Both the position numbers and the translations under genes were made by a program. Shown here piece after piece: positions 62,498 to 64,000 of a stretch of 64,000 nucleotides of DNA. The notes under the pieces are model-generated. The model was not told the DNA's origin, ran no database searches, and saw only the letters and a program-made list of their open reading frames with translations. Position 1 is the stretch's first letter. Each line of letters begins with the position of its first letter. Source of the DNA: Phoronis australis (taxonomy: Eukaryota; Animalia; Phoronida); the NCBI GenBank assembly GCA_002633005.1, contig NMRA01000149.1, positions 316,192 to 380,191 on the forward strand. Direction: 5' to 3'.

Positions 62498-64000
62498 GTT
62501 ATGCTTGGTATTTCTGTCCTTTGGGGTAGTCCTAGCAACAATTATCCTTCACTTGAAAACTCGATTTAATCACCAAAATTCTACTATATCAGTCAACTGG
62601 AGTTCATCTGGGATTTTAAAAATAGAGGTTCGTCAATGGGTTTCCCAATTTCTCAAGTTGTCCATGACCTGTGGAATCAAGACTGCGTTTTTATGACCTC
62701 AAGTGAACTTGCAGTTATAGCGTGCTGATTTGTTACTACTGAACCATGGGTCTGCAGTAAAGTTTATTCTTAGCAAGCTAAATGAGACCAACCCTACTTA
62801 CATGCTTAATGTACTAGGGTGTCCAACTGCTGAAGTGAGTGTCCAAATGGTGGACAGGATGCTGGCCAATGAAGTTGTGCTCAAATGGTATCTAAGTGTT
62901 AATTAAGTTGTGTGATGTGCACAAGTTATCAATAACCATTGTCTACATTTTGCTGTACATAAGGTTCAAGTGCTGTGATATAACAGGTTGGATGTCTAAT
63001 AGCTGTTAAGTGTATTTATTGCTCTGGATATGGTAGCATGCCTGGTTGAGCGCTTTTACACCAGAGACTGTTGTCACAGTGTCGGCTGTCACTGCGCAAG
63101 GGACTTGCTCCACTTAAGTCACATTTACAGATCAGCATAAGTCTCTTACACAAAGACTGTCTGTGCATGCTCACATAAACAATAGTGAATGTCCAAATGT
63201 AGAATACCAGCTGATCACCCCAATATACGCTATTGCAAGTGCATTTATAGATGATACCTTTCTGCCCTGTGCAAGTAGTGTTTAGAAGTGTAGCTGAAAC
63301 TGGAGCAACTGATCGAGTGCAACTCTACTTATCAAACCCGTGTCAAATACTGGTTGTCGCGGTGTCACTTGCTCTTTGTCAGTCGTGTTTACACACACGC
63401 TTGCACCCAGTCAGCTGTTTCAGTGTTAGCTGCGTCCAGGTCAGCTGTCTCTTGTGTATATGCGGCTATAGTATGTCTTCACAATAAAACCCTGTATTGT
63501 CTCCAGGTGCATTATTTGAATAAATTGGCGTCCTTTTAGTAAATTTCTTGACTTTGGGAAATCACTTCCGTCACATCTAATAATTGCTAGTTGTCAATTT
63601 GGAAATCGACACAAAAATGATCAGATCACCACGTAACCACTAAAGTCTACCATTTACTGTGTTTTTGTGTTCATCTCAGCTATCTGATTTTGATGGTGAT
63701 TTGGAATGTGATTTGGAAGTGGGTCACTACAACCTAGCTCTTTATTGCATTTGTCACTTAACTGCAAACAGGTTTTATGAGCCAAATTTTCATGTTTTTT
63801 AAGGTATCTGTTTTATTTCATTAAGCAGCCAAAATTCGTTTTTCGCAGTGTCGTCTGTTGATGCACTGTGCTTGATCACAGACTGCAGCCTGTGGCATCT
63901 AGTAAATGGATCATTAGCCTGAGTTCATATCCAGCAACAGTAACCAAACTACTGTGGATGTAATTGATAAGAGTAATTAATGTGTGGATCACCTAAGAAT

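Noticed and set aside
52669-64000. Further afadin exons (RA domain 2)
   Set aside because: No GTLxIY-type or other afadin-like reading frame found by eye; the next exon is presumed to lie beyond the window, though a short exon could have been missed.

Overview
Eukaryotic (animal, probably an invertebrate bilaterian) genomic DNA that is AT-rich, has GT-AG introns, and contains one N-gap (3062-3694) and three single-N joins. Genes reconstructed by hand: (1) exon 1 of a sarcosine/pipecolate oxidase (PIPOX/MSOX-family) paralog on the minus strand, running off the left edge; (2) a 2-exon divergent profilin-like gene (+, 6500-9345); (3) an 11-exon, 586-aa atypical Rab-like small GTPase (-, 23411-11569) with an MGxGCSS acylation-type N-terminus, a WDLPGRE G3 box, a long acidic insert between G4 and G5, a C-terminal domain and no prenylation motif; (4) a complete 8-exon, 386-aa PIPOX-like gene (+, 24931-32027) with altered substrate-binding residues; (5) the first four coding exons of afadin/canoe (+, from 39605). 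Introns and intergenic DNA carry MITEs, tRNA-derived SINEs, a LINE 3' relic, a THAP/Kolobok-like transposase relic, a pogo-like non-autonomous element and a Helentron-type (HINE/DINE-1-like) element whose ~150-bp internal repeats each carry a CTCF-like motif. The most striking unexplained pattern is that at least four (probably five) exon ends plus their 5' splice donors, in three unrelated genes, have been tandemly amplified into the downstream intron, and a further intronic array reiterates an AG|GT acceptor-donor junction eight times.
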